DNA of 63,576 nt. It comes from Planctomycetota bacterium. Lineage in GTDB: Bacteria > Planctomycetota > UBA8108 > JACQVS01. Location of the stretch: the NCBI GenBank assembly GCA_041569895.1, contig JBFFXF010000002.1:1-63576 (forward strand). Direction: 5' to 3'. Below the pieces are notes generated by a model, which was given only the letters and a program-made list of their open reading frames with translations, was not told the origin of the DNA and did no database searches. The translations under genes were made by a program, and so were the position numbers. Positions 1 to 8,378 of this stretch are shown here, piece after piece. The number at the start of each line of letters is the position of its first letter. Within the stretch, counting starts at the first letter, position 1.

Positions 1-981
1 CTCGTAGGCGCGCACCGCCGCGAACTGGATCGGCGCCGACGTGGACGTATAGGTCTCGCTCGCGACCGCCGCCATCGCATCGAGAAGCCACCGCAGCGAC
101 GGGGGGAAGACGAAGCTGCCGAGCCGCCAGCCGCCGGCGCCGCACCACTTGCTGAGCCCGCCGCTGACGATGGTGCCCTCGGGATAGAACTGCGCGATGG
201 AGGTGTGCCCGCCGGTGAAGTCGAGCTCTCCGTAGATCTCGTCGGACAGCAGGATCACCCGGTGCCGCCGGGCGATGGTCGCCATCTCCTCGAGTTCTGA
301 CCTCGAGTACGTCAGTCCAGTCGGGTTGCTCGGGTACGTGATGACGACGATTCGCGGCCGGTCCGGGTCGATCTTGCAGACGCGCGACAGTCGCGACGGC
401 GTCAGCTTCCAGCCGGCCTCGCGCCGTGTCTGCACCTGGAAGACGCGGCGGCCGATGATGTTCGCCTGGGGGATGTAGGAGACCCACGCCGGGCTCGGGA
501 CCACGAGGTCGCCGTAGTAGACGAGCTGCAGCAGGAACATCAGCTCCTTCGAGCCCGGGCCGACCAGCACGTCGTCCGCCGTCGCGGGGAGCCCCTGCGT
601 CGTCCGGTAATACGACGCCACGGCCTCGCGCAGCGCGTCGAGCCCGCGGACCGGCAGGTAGTCCTTCTGGTGCGCGTTCTCTCGCAGCGCCGCGACGACC
701 GGCTCCGGCACCGGGAAGGGCGACTGCCCGAGCCCGAGACGGAACACCTCACGCCCGCTGCGCAGGAGCTCCGAGCAGCGCTGCTGGATGCTGATGGTGG
801 CCGAGGACGCCATGCCCCGGACGTTGAGGTTGAGCTGCACGCTCGGCATGAGATGGACGTGCTCGACGTCGCTCTCGGCAGTCTCCGGCGTCGTCTCCTT
901 CGACGTGGCCTTCTCCGGTGTGCTCGTCCCGTGCAGGCTCATCCGCGGTGGCGGGCTCTTGGACATGTCCATGCGAGTCAT
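1..981 (-). CDS. PLP-dependent aminotransferase, class I/II (5' part only; 3' end lies beyond the left window edge)
   Basis: Absent from the ORF track because it is open at the edge. My minus-strand translation from ATG 981-979 gives MTRMDMSKS...RLGLGQSPFPVPEPVVAALRENAHQKDYLPVRGLDALREAV...ITYPSNPTGL...ILLSDEIYGELDF...SGGLSKWCGAGGWRLG. These are the NPTG, SK PLP-lysine and GxR motifs of fold-type I aminotransferases. The frame stays open to nt 1. Confidence 0.8.
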   Translation of the reverse strand, partial: MTRMDMSKSPPPRMSLHGTSTPEKATSKETTPETAESDVEHVHLMPSVQLNLNVRGMASSATISIQQRCSELLRSGREVFRLGLGQSPFPVPEPVVAALRENAHQKDYLPVRGLDALREAVASYYRTTQGLPATADDVLVGPGSKELMFLLQLVYYGDLVVPSPAWVSYIPQANIIGRRVFQVQTRREAGWKLTPSRLSRVCKIDPDRPRIVVITYPSNPTGLTYSRSELEEMATIARRHRVILLSDEIYGELDFTGGHTSIAQFYPEGTIVSGGLSKWCGAGGWRLGSFVFPPSLRWLLDAMAAVASETYTSTSAPIQFAAVRAYE

Positions 982-1047
982 TGTAGCGCGCAGACGCCAT
1001 CCTTCATCCTCGGCCTGGAACAACGACATCCGGAGCCCTTTCGACGT

Positions 1048-1405
1048 GTCCGTACCCGTCCCCGTCCCCGTCCCCGTACCCGTGCCCGTGCCCGTGCCCG
1101 AAAGGTTACTCGACTTCGCCGGAGAAGAGAACGGGAACGCAGATGACGCAGATTGCGCAGATTACGCAGATCCACGAAGGCCTGGTCGCTGACTCCCTCT
1201 GATCTCCGATCTCCGATCTCGGGTCTCGGGTCTCTGATCTCGGGTCTCGGGTCTCTGATCTCGGAATCGGACGTCGGTATCGGAATCGGAATCGGACATC
1301 GGACTCCGAGTCGGAATCGGCATCGGACATCGGAGTCGGAATCGGTATCGGAGTCGGTCATCGGACTCCGCAACCAGAGCCTTCGAGGACGAGGACGAGA
1401 ACGGG
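1048..1405 (+). repeat. Mosaic intergenic repeat, copy A (P-L-Q-x-D-E-G)
   Basis: P 1048-1100 (about 9 CCCGTN units). Unique linker L 1101-1136. Q 1137-1172 (4 x 9 nt, RCGCAGATN). D 1201-1263 (9 x 7 nt, GATCTCN/GGTCTCN). E 1264-1370 (CGGANT units of 6-7 nt). G 1384-1405 (GAGGAC units). Lies between two minus-strand genes. Confidence 0.9.
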
Positions 1406-1467
1406 TTTTAACCGACGGCAGTCCCCCTCCCCCGGGGCCGCCGCCGGCCGTCGAGCTGCACCTGTCG

Positions 1468-4400
1468 CTACTCGGCGCAGGGTCCGCCGCCGCCGAAGCT
1501 CGGTGCCTCGACGACGTCCGGGCAGTCCTCGACGAGGATGCACGCGGGCTCGCCGTCGACCGCGGTCGGGTGCGGCGCCTGGCCGAGGAAGAGCCAGCCG
1601 AGCTCCGCGATGCCGTCGGAGATGTCGACCTGCCCGTCGCCGTTCCAGTCGAAGAGCGTGACGTTCGCCGGGTGGCTCACGGAGCCGTCGCCGCAGGGCA
1701 GCTCGACCGGGTTGCCGAGGAAGAGGAACCCGAAGAGACAGACCGCGTCGGAGATGTCGACGAGGCCGTCCTGGTTGCAGTCACCGCCGACCTGTCGGCC
1801 TCCCGGCGGCGGGGTCGGGTTGCCGGTGACGCGGACGTTGTCGACCGCCCACCACCAGTCGTCCTGTCCAACCCAGTGGAACGCGAAGACGACGCTCGAC
1901 TGGCCGGCCGCGGTCGGGACCCGGAAGACGCGCCGTGCGAAGAACGGCTCCTCGCCGGTGTCGACGAGGGCGCCGGTCCGGTAGGAGAAGATCGGGTCGA
2001 GGTAGGTCTCGCCGCCGTCGATGCTGACCAGCACCTCCTGGACGTCGCCGCTGACGACGGTCTCCGAGTCCCAGTGGAAGAAGACCTCCGACGCGCCGGA
2101 GAGGTCGAGCTCGGGCGTCACCAGCCACTCGTCCTCGCGCGGGTCCGGGTTGGCGTCCGACTCGAGGATCGCGAAGCCGAGCGACGGCAGGATCTGCCCG
2201 CGGATCTCGCCGGCGCGGAAGTTCTCGCTGTGGATGTTGACGTAGAGGTCCCCCGCCAGCAGGGAGGCCACGTCGACGTCGGCGACCGTGATGGTGCCGA
2301 TCTTCGGACTGCCGGCAGGCAGGGGGTAGAGCACCGGCCCCGGCGTCCCGGCGGGTGCGCGGTGAATGTGCGCGTTGCTCTCCGGAGACGAGAGCCCCTC
2401 GAAGGTGATCTCGTAGGAGAGCTCGTTGGTGTCGGGATCGAAGATGAATCGCGCTTTGCCGGTGGCGTCGGTCTCGACCGGATCCGGAGCCTCCTGCGCG
2501 CCGTCGAGCACCGCGCCGAAGAGGTCGCCGCCGCGGCCGTGCTCGAGCCGGTTGACGGCGCGCTGGTCGACCTGCCCGCGGACGAAGCGCGTGGCCTTGT
2601 CGACCGTGCTCCACGTCTCCGCGCCGGTGTTCGGCGGATCCGCGAGGGAGACGGCGGTCATCGCGCCGAGTCCGGTGTCGAACGATTCCTCGAAGAAGGT
2701 GATCTCGCCACCGGAGGGCGGCGCCACGTCATCGACGATGATGTTGTCGACGCCGATGAACCAGTCGAAGTCGGGCTCGAAGTGTCGCAGGCGGAAGCGC
2801 GCGGTCTGCCCGGCGAACGCCGAGAGATCGATGTCGAGCCGCCCGAAGAAGCCGTCAGCGTTGTCATTGGTCGCGTCGGGCTCGATGTCGGCGATGCCCT
2901 CCATCTCGCCGCACGGATCGCCGTCGCGACGGCACGGGGCGACGCGGCGGAAGACGTTGACCCAGTTGAGCCCGCCGTCGGTCGAGACGTCGACGTCGAA
3001 GACCGCCGTGCCGTTGTTGTTGAGTTGCGCGGTGACGTCCATGTGCAGCCACGCGCCGCCGTCGCCGTCGGGGACGGTGAACTCGGGGCTCCAGAGGTCG
3101 TGCGACATGCCGCTGCCCTGCGCGTTGCTGCCCGACTGCGCGTCCGAGTCGGAGATGACGAACTGACCGGTCGAGGGGCGCCCGTCGAAGGTCGGCGGAT
3201 TGCTCCGGCCGCCGGGGTTGCCGATCGTCCACGTCGAGTCCTCCACCGGGTCGTTCTCGTCCTGGATGAAGTAGCCGGCGAGCTCGAGGGCCGCGTCGCT
3301 CGCGTAGCTCTCGAAGTCGTCCGCGAACGCGACGTTGCCGGTCGAGAGGACGGCGCGGCAGGTGAGCGGACTGCAGTCCGGCGGCGCCGCCGGATCGCTG
3401 AACACCGCGAGCTCGAACTCGAGAATGCCGCCCGTCGCCTGGAGCGTCTCGTCGTCGACCGAGACCGAGAAGCTGCTCGCGTCCGGAGCCAGCGTCTCGA
3501 GCTCGACGCCGTCGAGGAAGAGCTTGAACCCGGCGATGCCGAGGTTGACGCCGGGATCCCAGCTCAGGTCGACGGTCTTGGCGACCTGGTCGGTGCTGCA
3601 GCTCAGGCCGGACGGACAGACGAGGGTGTCGATCTCGTTCGAGACGCACTCGCGATCGGCGCTGCCGCCGATGATCGGCAGAAGCGTGTAGCTGACGTCC
3701 TGCCCGCCCGCCGGGGGCGCGTCGTCGGTGAAAGACGTCGCGTCGGGGCCGAGCTCGGCGACCGTGCGGCCGCCCTGCTCGACGACGTAGCCCTCGGCGC
3801 ACTCCGCGCCGAGCCCGTTCCACGATCCGGTGACCGTGGTGTTGAGCGCGTTGAAGCTGACGCCGAAGCCGCGCAGGCCGCAGTCGCACGGATCGCACAC
3901 CTCGGTCGTGCCGGTGACGATGACGTCGTCGATCGCCCACCACCAGTCGTCCTGGCCGACCCAGTGGAACGCGAAGGCGACGCTCGCCTCGCCGGCCGCC
4001 TCGGGGACCGAGAAGATGCGCTCGGCGTAGTACGGCTCCTCGCCGCGATCGAAGAGGGCGCCGGTGGTGTAGGAGAAGATCGGCGCGCTCTCGAAGGTCT
4101 CGCCGCCGTCGAGGCTGAGCAGGACCTCCTGGACGTCTCCGTTGACCACGGTCTCCGACTTGAAGTGGAGAAAGACCTGGGTGTACGTCGAGAGGTTGAG
4201 GGACGGCGTGACGAGGAACTCGTCCTCGGCCGGATCGGGGTTGGCGTCGGAGTCGAGGATGGCGAAGTCGGGATCGGCGCCCGCGTGGTTCAGCCGGTTG
4301 ACCCCTCTTCCCGAGACCGCGCCGGGCGTGTACCGGCCGCCCTTGTCGGTCGTGTGCCAGGTCTCCGTCCCCGAGTTGCCGGCAGCCGAGACGACGCTCA

Positions 4401-5808
4401 TCGCGCCGAGGCCGCCGGTGAAGTCCTGCAGCGAGAGCGCCGCGCAGTCACCGCCGGACGGCGGCGCGATGCTGTCGACCTGGACGTTGTCGATGGCGAT
4501 CCACCAGTCGTCGTTGGGCTCGAAGTGGCGGAACCGGATTGCCACATCCGCGGCGTCACCGGCGACCGCCGAGATGTCGACGTCGAGCCGGCCGAAGTAT
4601 CCATCGGTGTTCGTCGTGTCGGCGAGCGGCTCGGCGGTGCGACCCGGGGCGATGCGGCGAAAGACGTTCGTCCACGACGCGCCGCCGTCCGTCGACACGT
4701 CGATGTCGAAGATCGCCTCTCCGTTGTCGTTGAGCTGCGCCGAGACGTCGGCGTGGAGCCAGACGGTGTCGCTGCCCTCGGTGGAGAAGCTCGGCGTGAT
4801 CAGGTCGTGCGACATGCCGCTTCCGGGGGGGTTGGAGCCGCTCCCCGCGTCGGAATCGGAGATCATGAAGCCGCCGATCGACGGCGTGCCGTCGAGCGTC
4901 GGCGGATTGGCGCGTCCGCCGGGATTGGTGATCGTCCAGGTCGAGGTCTCGACGGGGGTGTTCGCGTCGACGATCTGCCACCCCGCCGCGACGACGTCGG
5001 CGTCGCTGGCGAAGTTGTTGAATCCCTCGAGGAGGAAGAGCGCCGGATCGTCGAGCGGCGGGACGGGAAGGCCGGCGTCCTCGGGACCGCCGAGCGCCTC
5101 GATCTCCTCGTCGGAGAGCGCCGAATCGCGGATCTGGAAGCTGTTGACGAGGATCTCGGACGGCACGTCGCCGTCGTTGTCGCCGAAGAGGATGATGCCG
5201 TCGCTGTCGCCATCGTTCGCCGAGAAGAGGGACCAGCGGCCGTCGAGCCCGCCGACGGCGACCTCGTTGACGAGCGTGCCGTCGAGGAACAGCCGGAAGA
5301 CGTCCGCCCCGGTGTCGACGACCAGGGCGATCCGGTGCCAGCCCGCGTCGACGCAGCCGTCGTAGTCGCCGGAGATCCCGAGACCACCCGCCGGGTTGAC
5401 GAACATGTCGCCGTCGTTCGAGTTCCCCGTGTTCGTCTGGTAGATCGACACCCACGTGCCGGAGCAGTCGGGGTTGCGGTCCGGCACTTGCATATCCACG
5501 ATGATCGTGTACTGGTTGACGAAGTCCCCGCCGCCGTTCGGCGCGAGCGCGGTGAACAGGCGGAAGTGCGTGCTTCCGGAGATGCGGGCCACGGTCGCCC
5601 CGGCGTTGCCGTCGCCGTCGGTGTCGGCGGCCTCGAACGCGACGCTCGCCGCGCCGTCCGGCGGCTGCGCTCCCGCGATGGCGAGGCTCTTGAAGTTGGT
5701 GGCGATCAGGGTGCCGTTGAAGTCCCACTGGCGTGTCGTCGCGAGCGAGACGCGGCTTCCGGATACCAGCAGGACGACGAGCAAGAGATGACGGGCGAAC
5801 CGTGACAT
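1468..5808 (-). CDS. Large secreted LamG / MAM-like / CHRD multidomain protein with C-terminal dockerin-like module (paralog 1)
   Basis: ORF track, 1446 aa. AAGGAGG lies 5 nt upstream of ATG 5808. Signal peptide MSRFARHLLLVVLLVSG. LamG/Laminin_G_3-like N-terminus (QYTIIVDMQVP...WHRIALVVD). Two MAM-like A/B jelly-roll didomains (WTITNPGGRANPPTLDG...; ...DDWWWAIDDVIVTG). Also a CHRD insert and a dockerin-like C-terminus. Confidence 0.9.
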   Translation of the reverse strand: MSRFARHLLLVVLLVSGSRVSLATTRQWDFNGTLIATNFKSLAIAGAQPPDGAASVAFEAADTDGDGNAGATVARISGSTHFRLFTALAPNGGGDFVNQYTIIVDMQVPDRNPDCSGTWVSIYQTNTGNSNDGDMFVNPAGGLGISGDYDGCVDAGWHRIALVVDTGADVFRLFLDGTLVNEVAVGGLDGRWSLFSANDGDSDGIILFGDNDGDVPSEILVNSFQIRDSALSDEEIEALGGPEDAGLPVPPLDDPALFLLEGFNNFASDADVVAAGWQIVDANTPVETSTWTITNPGGRANPPTLDGTPSIGGFMISDSDAGSGSNPPGSGMSHDLITPSFSTEGSDTVWLHADVSAQLNDNGEAIFDIDVSTDGGASWTNVFRRIAPGRTAEPLADTTNTDGYFGRLDVDISAVAGDAADVAIRFRHFEPNDDWWIAIDNVQVDSIAPPSGGDCAALSLQDFTGGLGAMSVVSAAGNSGTETWHTTDKGGRYTPGAVSGRGVNRLNHAGADPDFAILDSDANPDPAEDEFLVTPSLNLSTYTQVFLHFKSETVVNGDVQEVLLSLDGGETFESAPIFSYTTGALFDRGEEPYYAERIFSVPEAAGEASVAFAFHWVGQDDWWWAIDDVIVTGTTEVCDPCDCGLRGFGVSFNALNTTVTGSWNGLGAECAEGYVVEQGGRTVAELGPDATSFTDDAPPAGGQDVSYTLLPIIGGSADRECVSNEIDTLVCPSGLSCSTDQVAKTVDLSWDPGVNLGIAGFKLFLDGVELETLAPDASSFSVSVDDETLQATGGILEFELAVFSDPAAPPDCSPLTCRAVLSTGNVAFADDFESYASDAALELAGYFIQDENDPVEDSTWTIGNPGGRSNPPTFDGRPSTGQFVISDSDAQSGSNAQGSGMSHDLWSPEFTVPDGDGGAWLHMDVTAQLNNNGTAVFDVDVSTDGGLNWVNVFRRVAPCRRDGDPCGEMEGIADIEPDATNDNADGFFGRLDIDLSAFAGQTARFRLRHFEPDFDWFIGVDNIIVDDVAPPSGGEITFFEESFDTGLGAMTAVSLADPPNTGAETWSTVDKATRFVRGQVDQRAVNRLEHGRGGDLFGAVLDGAQEAPDPVETDATGKARFIFDPDTNELSYEITFEGLSSPESNAHIHRAPAGTPGPVLYPLPAGSPKIGTITVADVDVASLLAGDLYVNIHSENFRAGEIRGQILPSLGFAILESDANPDPREDEWLVTPELDLSGASEVFFHWDSETVVSGDVQEVLVSIDGGETYLDPIFSYRTGALVDTGEEPFFARRVFRVPTAAGQSSVVFAFHWVGQDDWWWAVDNVRVTGNPTPPPGGRQVGGDCNQDGLVDISDAVCLFGFLFLGNPVELPCGDGSVSHPANVTLFDWNGDGQVDISDGIAELGWLFLGQAPHPTAVDGEPACILVEDCPDVVEAPSFGGGGPCAE
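1471..1788 (-). other. Dockerin-like Ca-binding repeat pair plus Cys-rich tail (paralog 1 C-terminus)
   Basis: GDCNQDGLVDISDAVCLFGFLFLGNPVELPCGDG...DWNGDGQVDISDGIAELGWLFLGQAPHPTAVDGEPACILVEDCPDVVEAPSFGGGGPCAE. Two DxNxDGxxDxSD loops, each followed by LxxLFxG, then a PC linker Cys and three tail Cys. Confidence 0.7.
2176..2523 (-). other. CHRD domain nested inside a MAM-like B domain
   Basis: 116 aa: LFGAVLDGAQEAPDPVETDATGKARFIFDPDTNELSYEITFEGLSSPESNAHIHRAPAGTPGPVLYPLPAG...GDLYVNIHSENFRAGEIRGQI. It sits between NRLEH and FAILESDANPDP, which are contiguous in the other B-domain copies (NRLNHAGADPDFAILDSDANPDP). Confidence 0.75.
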
Positions 5809-5871
5809 GGAAGCCTCCTTCTCCTACCGCTCTCGGGATGGTGCGGCGTGTCTCTCGAACTCTCGAACCCA

Positions 5872-5893
5872 GGCGGCGGAGAGCTCCGCCGCC
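5872..5893. promoter_or_regulatory. Near-perfect 22-nt palindrome/hairpin in the divergent region, just upstream of the TPR gene RBS
   Basis: GGCGGCGGAGAGCTCCGCCGCC: 10 complementary positions on each arm around a central AG. It is preceded by the tandem 8-mers TCTCGAAC TCTCGAAC (5853-5868). Confidence 0.4.
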
Positions 5894-5914
5894 AAGGAAG
5901 CATTGTATCCACGG

Positions 5915-6715
5915 ATGGTCCGGAATGCGGCAAGTTCCCTGAAAGAATCCCGTCGGCTTCCCGGCGGCGGCGCCCTGCGACACGCCGTTGCGATGGTCGC
6001 GCTCGTCGTGCTGGCGCCGATCGGTTGCGGCGAGCATGCCGGATCAACCGCGCCGCTGCCCGCGAAGGACTCCGGCGACCCGCGCGTCGACCGGGCTCTC
6101 GAGCTGATCGCCGCATCGCGTCCGGACGAGGCGAACGTGTTGCTCGAGGAGGTCCTCGATGGGTCCCCGCGCGACGCGCGCGCCCTGCTCTACGCCGGCG
6201 TGGCGCAGCAGCGCGCACAGCGGCCGGCGGCCGCGATCCCGTACTTCGAGAGAGCGCTCGCGCTCGAGGGCGGGCCGCCGGAGATCGATCAGGTCCATCA
6301 CTTCCTCGGCTGGTCTCTTCTCGATCTCGGCCGGCTCGAGGAGGCCCGTCGCGCCTTCGAGCGACACCTCGAGCTGCGTCCCGACGCGGCCGACTCGCAC
6401 TTCGCGATCGGCAGGATCGATCTCGAGGAGGGCGCGCTCGATGCCGCCGCCGTACGATTCCGTCGGGCGATCGAGCTCGACGCCGGGAACCCGCGCCGCC
6501 GGAGCCAGCTCGCCAAGTGTCACGTGCGGCTCGCCGATGTCGCCCTGCTGCGCGATCGGCTCGACGAAGCGCTCGAGGAGCTGCAGCGGGCGGTCGAGCT
6601 CGACCCGCGCATGCACCAGGCGCAGTACCGGCTCCACCGCGTGGCGACGCGCCTCGGACGCGAGCGGGAGGCCGCCGATGCGCTCGCGGCGTACGAGCGC
6701 TGGAGGCCGCGGTGA
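5915..6715 (+). CDS. TPR-repeat lipoprotein
   Basis: I chose the in-frame ATG 5915 inside ORF 5807..6715. It gives MVRNAASSLKESRRLPGGGALRHAVAMVALVVLAPIGCGEH, a lipoprotein-type signal. The rest is TPR-like (ALLYAGVAQQRAQRPAAAIPYFERALAL; HFAIGRIDLEEGALDAAAVRFRRAIELD). The 5807 start would overlap the divergent gene start at 5808. Confidence 0.75.
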   Translation: MVRNAASSLKESRRLPGGGALRHAVAMVALVVLAPIGCGEHAGSTAPLPAKDSGDPRVDRALELIAASRPDEANVLLEEVLDGSPRDARALLYAGVAQQRAQRPAAAIPYFERALALEGGPPEIDQVHHFLGWSLLDLGRLEEARRAFERHLELRPDAADSHFAIGRIDLEEGALDAAAVRFRRAIELDAGNPRRRSQLAKCHVRLADVALLRDRLDEALEELQRAVELDPRMHQAQYRLHRVATRLGREREAADALAAYERWRPR

Positions 6716-8373
6716 GGGGCGCACTGGCCGCCATGCTGCTCGCCGGCGTCGCACTCGCGTGCGCGACGTGGACGTCGTGCGACGCCACGGCGCGGCCGGC
6801 GCTCCACCTCGAGGACGTGACCGGGACGATCGGCGTCGGCGTGACGGTGGTGTCGGGACGCGCGCCATCGTCCGAGATCCTCGAGGTCAAGGGCGGGGGC
6901 GTCGCGCTGATCGACTTCGACTCCGATGGCGATCTGGACGTCTTCGTGCCCAACGGCGCGACGCTCGACGATCCCGAGAGCGGTCCCGGCGCGCGGTTGC
7001 TCGAGAACCTGGGCGGCCTGCGCTTCCGGGACGCGACGGAGGCGGCCGGCATCCGCCTGCGGCGCTGGTCGTTCGGCGTCGCGGTGGGGGACGCCGATGG
7101 CGACGGCCTCGACGACCTCGCCATCGCGTGCTTCGGACCGGACGTGCTCCTGCGCAACGCCGGCGGGCGCTTCGAGGACGTCTCGGCCGACGCGGGGATC
7201 GGCTCTCCGGCGTGGGGGACGAGCTGCGCCTTCGTCGACATCGACAGCGACGGCGACCTCGACCTCTACACGACGAACTTCGTCGAGTTCGACCCGCGGA
7301 GGCCGCCGCCGAGAGGTCGCTACATGGGCGTCGAGGTGATGGCCGGTCCGGCGGGCCTCGCGCCGGTGCACGACGTCCTCCTCGAGAACCTCGGCGACGG
7401 CCGCTTCCGCGACGTCAGCGAGTCGAGCGGCTGCCGCGCCGTGCCGCCCTCGACCGGCCTCAACGTCGTCACGCTCGACATCGACGGCGATGGCCGGCAG
7501 GACATCTTCGTCGCCAACGACTCGATGCCGAACTTCCTCTTCCGCAACCTCGGCGGAGGGCGGTTCGAGGAGATCGGCGCGCGCGCCGGGCTGGCGCTGA
7601 ACGCCGATGGCGCCGCACAGGCCAGCATGGGGATCGCCGTCGGCGACGTCGACGGCAACGGACTCGCGGATTTCTTCACGACCAACTTCTCGAGCGACAC
7701 CAACACGCTGCACGTCAACCTCGACGGCGCGACCTTCGAGGACCGCACCGCGCCGTACGGCCTGGGCATCGCCAGTGGACCCTTCGTCGGCTGGGCGAGC
7801 GCGTTCGCCGACCTCGACCACGACGGCGACGAGGACCTCCTGGTCTTCAACGGGCACGTCTACCCGGAGGCCGCGAGCGGCCTGCTCGACGCGGAGTACG
7901 AGGAGCGCCCGCTGCTCTTCGAGCGCCGCGGACCGCGCTTCGAGCTCGCCCGGCCGGGGAGCGCGGGCGCGTGGCTCGGCGCCCGCTACCGCGCCCGCAG
8001 CGCGGCGCTCGGCGACCTCGACGGCGACGGGGACGTCGACGTCGTCTTCACCGAGCTCAACGGCCCGCTCCACGTGCTGCGAAACGACGCCGCGTCGCGA
8101 GCCGGGTCGGCATGGCTGATCGTCGACCTCGAGGACCGCACCGGAGGCAACCGCCGCGGCATCGGCAGCCGTGTGACGCTCATCGCCGGAGAGCGCCGCC
8201 AGACCCGCTGGATCCACGGCGGCGGCCCGTTCCAGTCAGCGAGCTGGCAGGCAGCGCACTTCGCGGTGCCGAACCCGCCAGCGGAGGCAACCATCGAGAT
8301 CGCCTGGCCGGACGGGAAACCGCAGAGCGCGCGTGTGACGGGGTGGAACAGCAGGATGACCGTCTCGCGGTAG
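6712..8373 (+). CDS. CRTAC1/ASPIC-UnbV family FG-GAP (VCBS) repeat protein
   Basis: GTG 6712 overlaps the TPR gene stop (GTGA); the alternative start is ATG 6733. Signal MLLAGVALACATWTSC. FG-GAP repeats (IDFDSDGDLDVFV, AVGDADGDGLDDLAI, VDIDSDGDLDLYT, LDIDGDGRQDIFV, GDVDGNGLADFF, ADLDHDGDEDLLV, GDLDGDGDVDVVF). UnbV/ASPIC-like C-terminus (GNRRGIGSRVTLIAGERRQTRWIHGGGPFQS). Confidence 0.85.
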   Translation: MRGALAAMLLAGVALACATWTSCDATARPALHLEDVTGTIGVGVTVVSGRAPSSEILEVKGGGVALIDFDSDGDLDVFVPNGATLDDPESGPGARLLENLGGLRFRDATEAAGIRLRRWSFGVAVGDADGDGLDDLAIACFGPDVLLRNAGGRFEDVSADAGIGSPAWGTSCAFVDIDSDGDLDLYTTNFVEFDPRRPPPRGRYMGVEVMAGPAGLAPVHDVLLENLGDGRFRDVSESSGCRAVPPSTGLNVVTLDIDGDGRQDIFVANDSMPNFLFRNLGGGRFEEIGARAGLALNADGAAQASMGIAVGDVDGNGLADFFTTNFSSDTNTLHVNLDGATFEDRTAPYGLGIASGPFVGWASAFADLDHDGDEDLLVFNGHVYPEAASGLLDAEYEERPLLFERRGPRFELARPGSAGAWLGARYRARSAALGDLDGDGDVDVVFTELNGPLHVLRNDAASRAGSAWLIVDLEDRTGGNRRGIGSRVTLIAGERRQTRWIHGGGPFQSASWQAAHFAVPNPPAEATIEIAWPDGKPQSARVTGWNSRMTVSR

Positions 8374-8378
8374 CACTG

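Noticed and set aside
1098-1172. An apparently conserved peptide (..PVPERLLDFAGEENGNADCADYAD..) encoded by the L-Q part of copies A and D, with a similar one in copy J
   Set aside because: The conservation is at nucleotide level (1 mismatch in 51 nt), so it gives no evidence for coding. There is no plausible start codon or RBS. In copy B the frame hits a stop within the L linker, before the K insert, and the Q unit number varies.
1201-1370. CRISPR-like reading of the tandem arrays
   Set aside because: The units are 6-9 nt with no unique spacers between them, and no cas genes are present in the window. These are microsatellite-type arrays, not CRISPR.
978-1373. ORFs running through the repeat elements that give PVPVPV, GTGTGT, SDSESD, IGIGIG or LRNLRN peptides. 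Also at 8236..8643, 24592..25013, 44726..44932 and 52601..53261.
   Set aside because: The modules have periods of 6, 7, 8 and 9 nt in one element, so no frame is maintained. These ORFs occur on both strands and start inside neighbouring genes. This is low-complexity translation only.
1153-5805. 1550-aa plus-strand ORF covering the whole of gene 1468..5808
   Set aside because: This is a mirror ORF of a real minus-strand gene, typical of very GC-rich DNA. Its product is R/A/G/D/V/E-rich and monotonous with no recognisable domain. The minus strand encodes a signal peptide and LamG, MAM-like, CHRD and dockerin-like modules, with a strong RBS.
5807-6711. N-terminal extensions and fusions suggested by the ORF track: 5807 start for the TPR gene, 5848..6711 fused to the CRTAC1 gene, and the upstream extensions 19638..20075, 42657..43088, 44456..45046, 46298..47905, 53862..54377, 61598..61819 and 61453..61695
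   Set aside because: These extensions read through upstream genes or repeat elements in other frames and give Arg/Pro-rich junk. Internal ATG/GTG starts give proper signal peptides or conserved N-termini, RBS-like purine tracts, or start/stop overlaps with the preceding gene.
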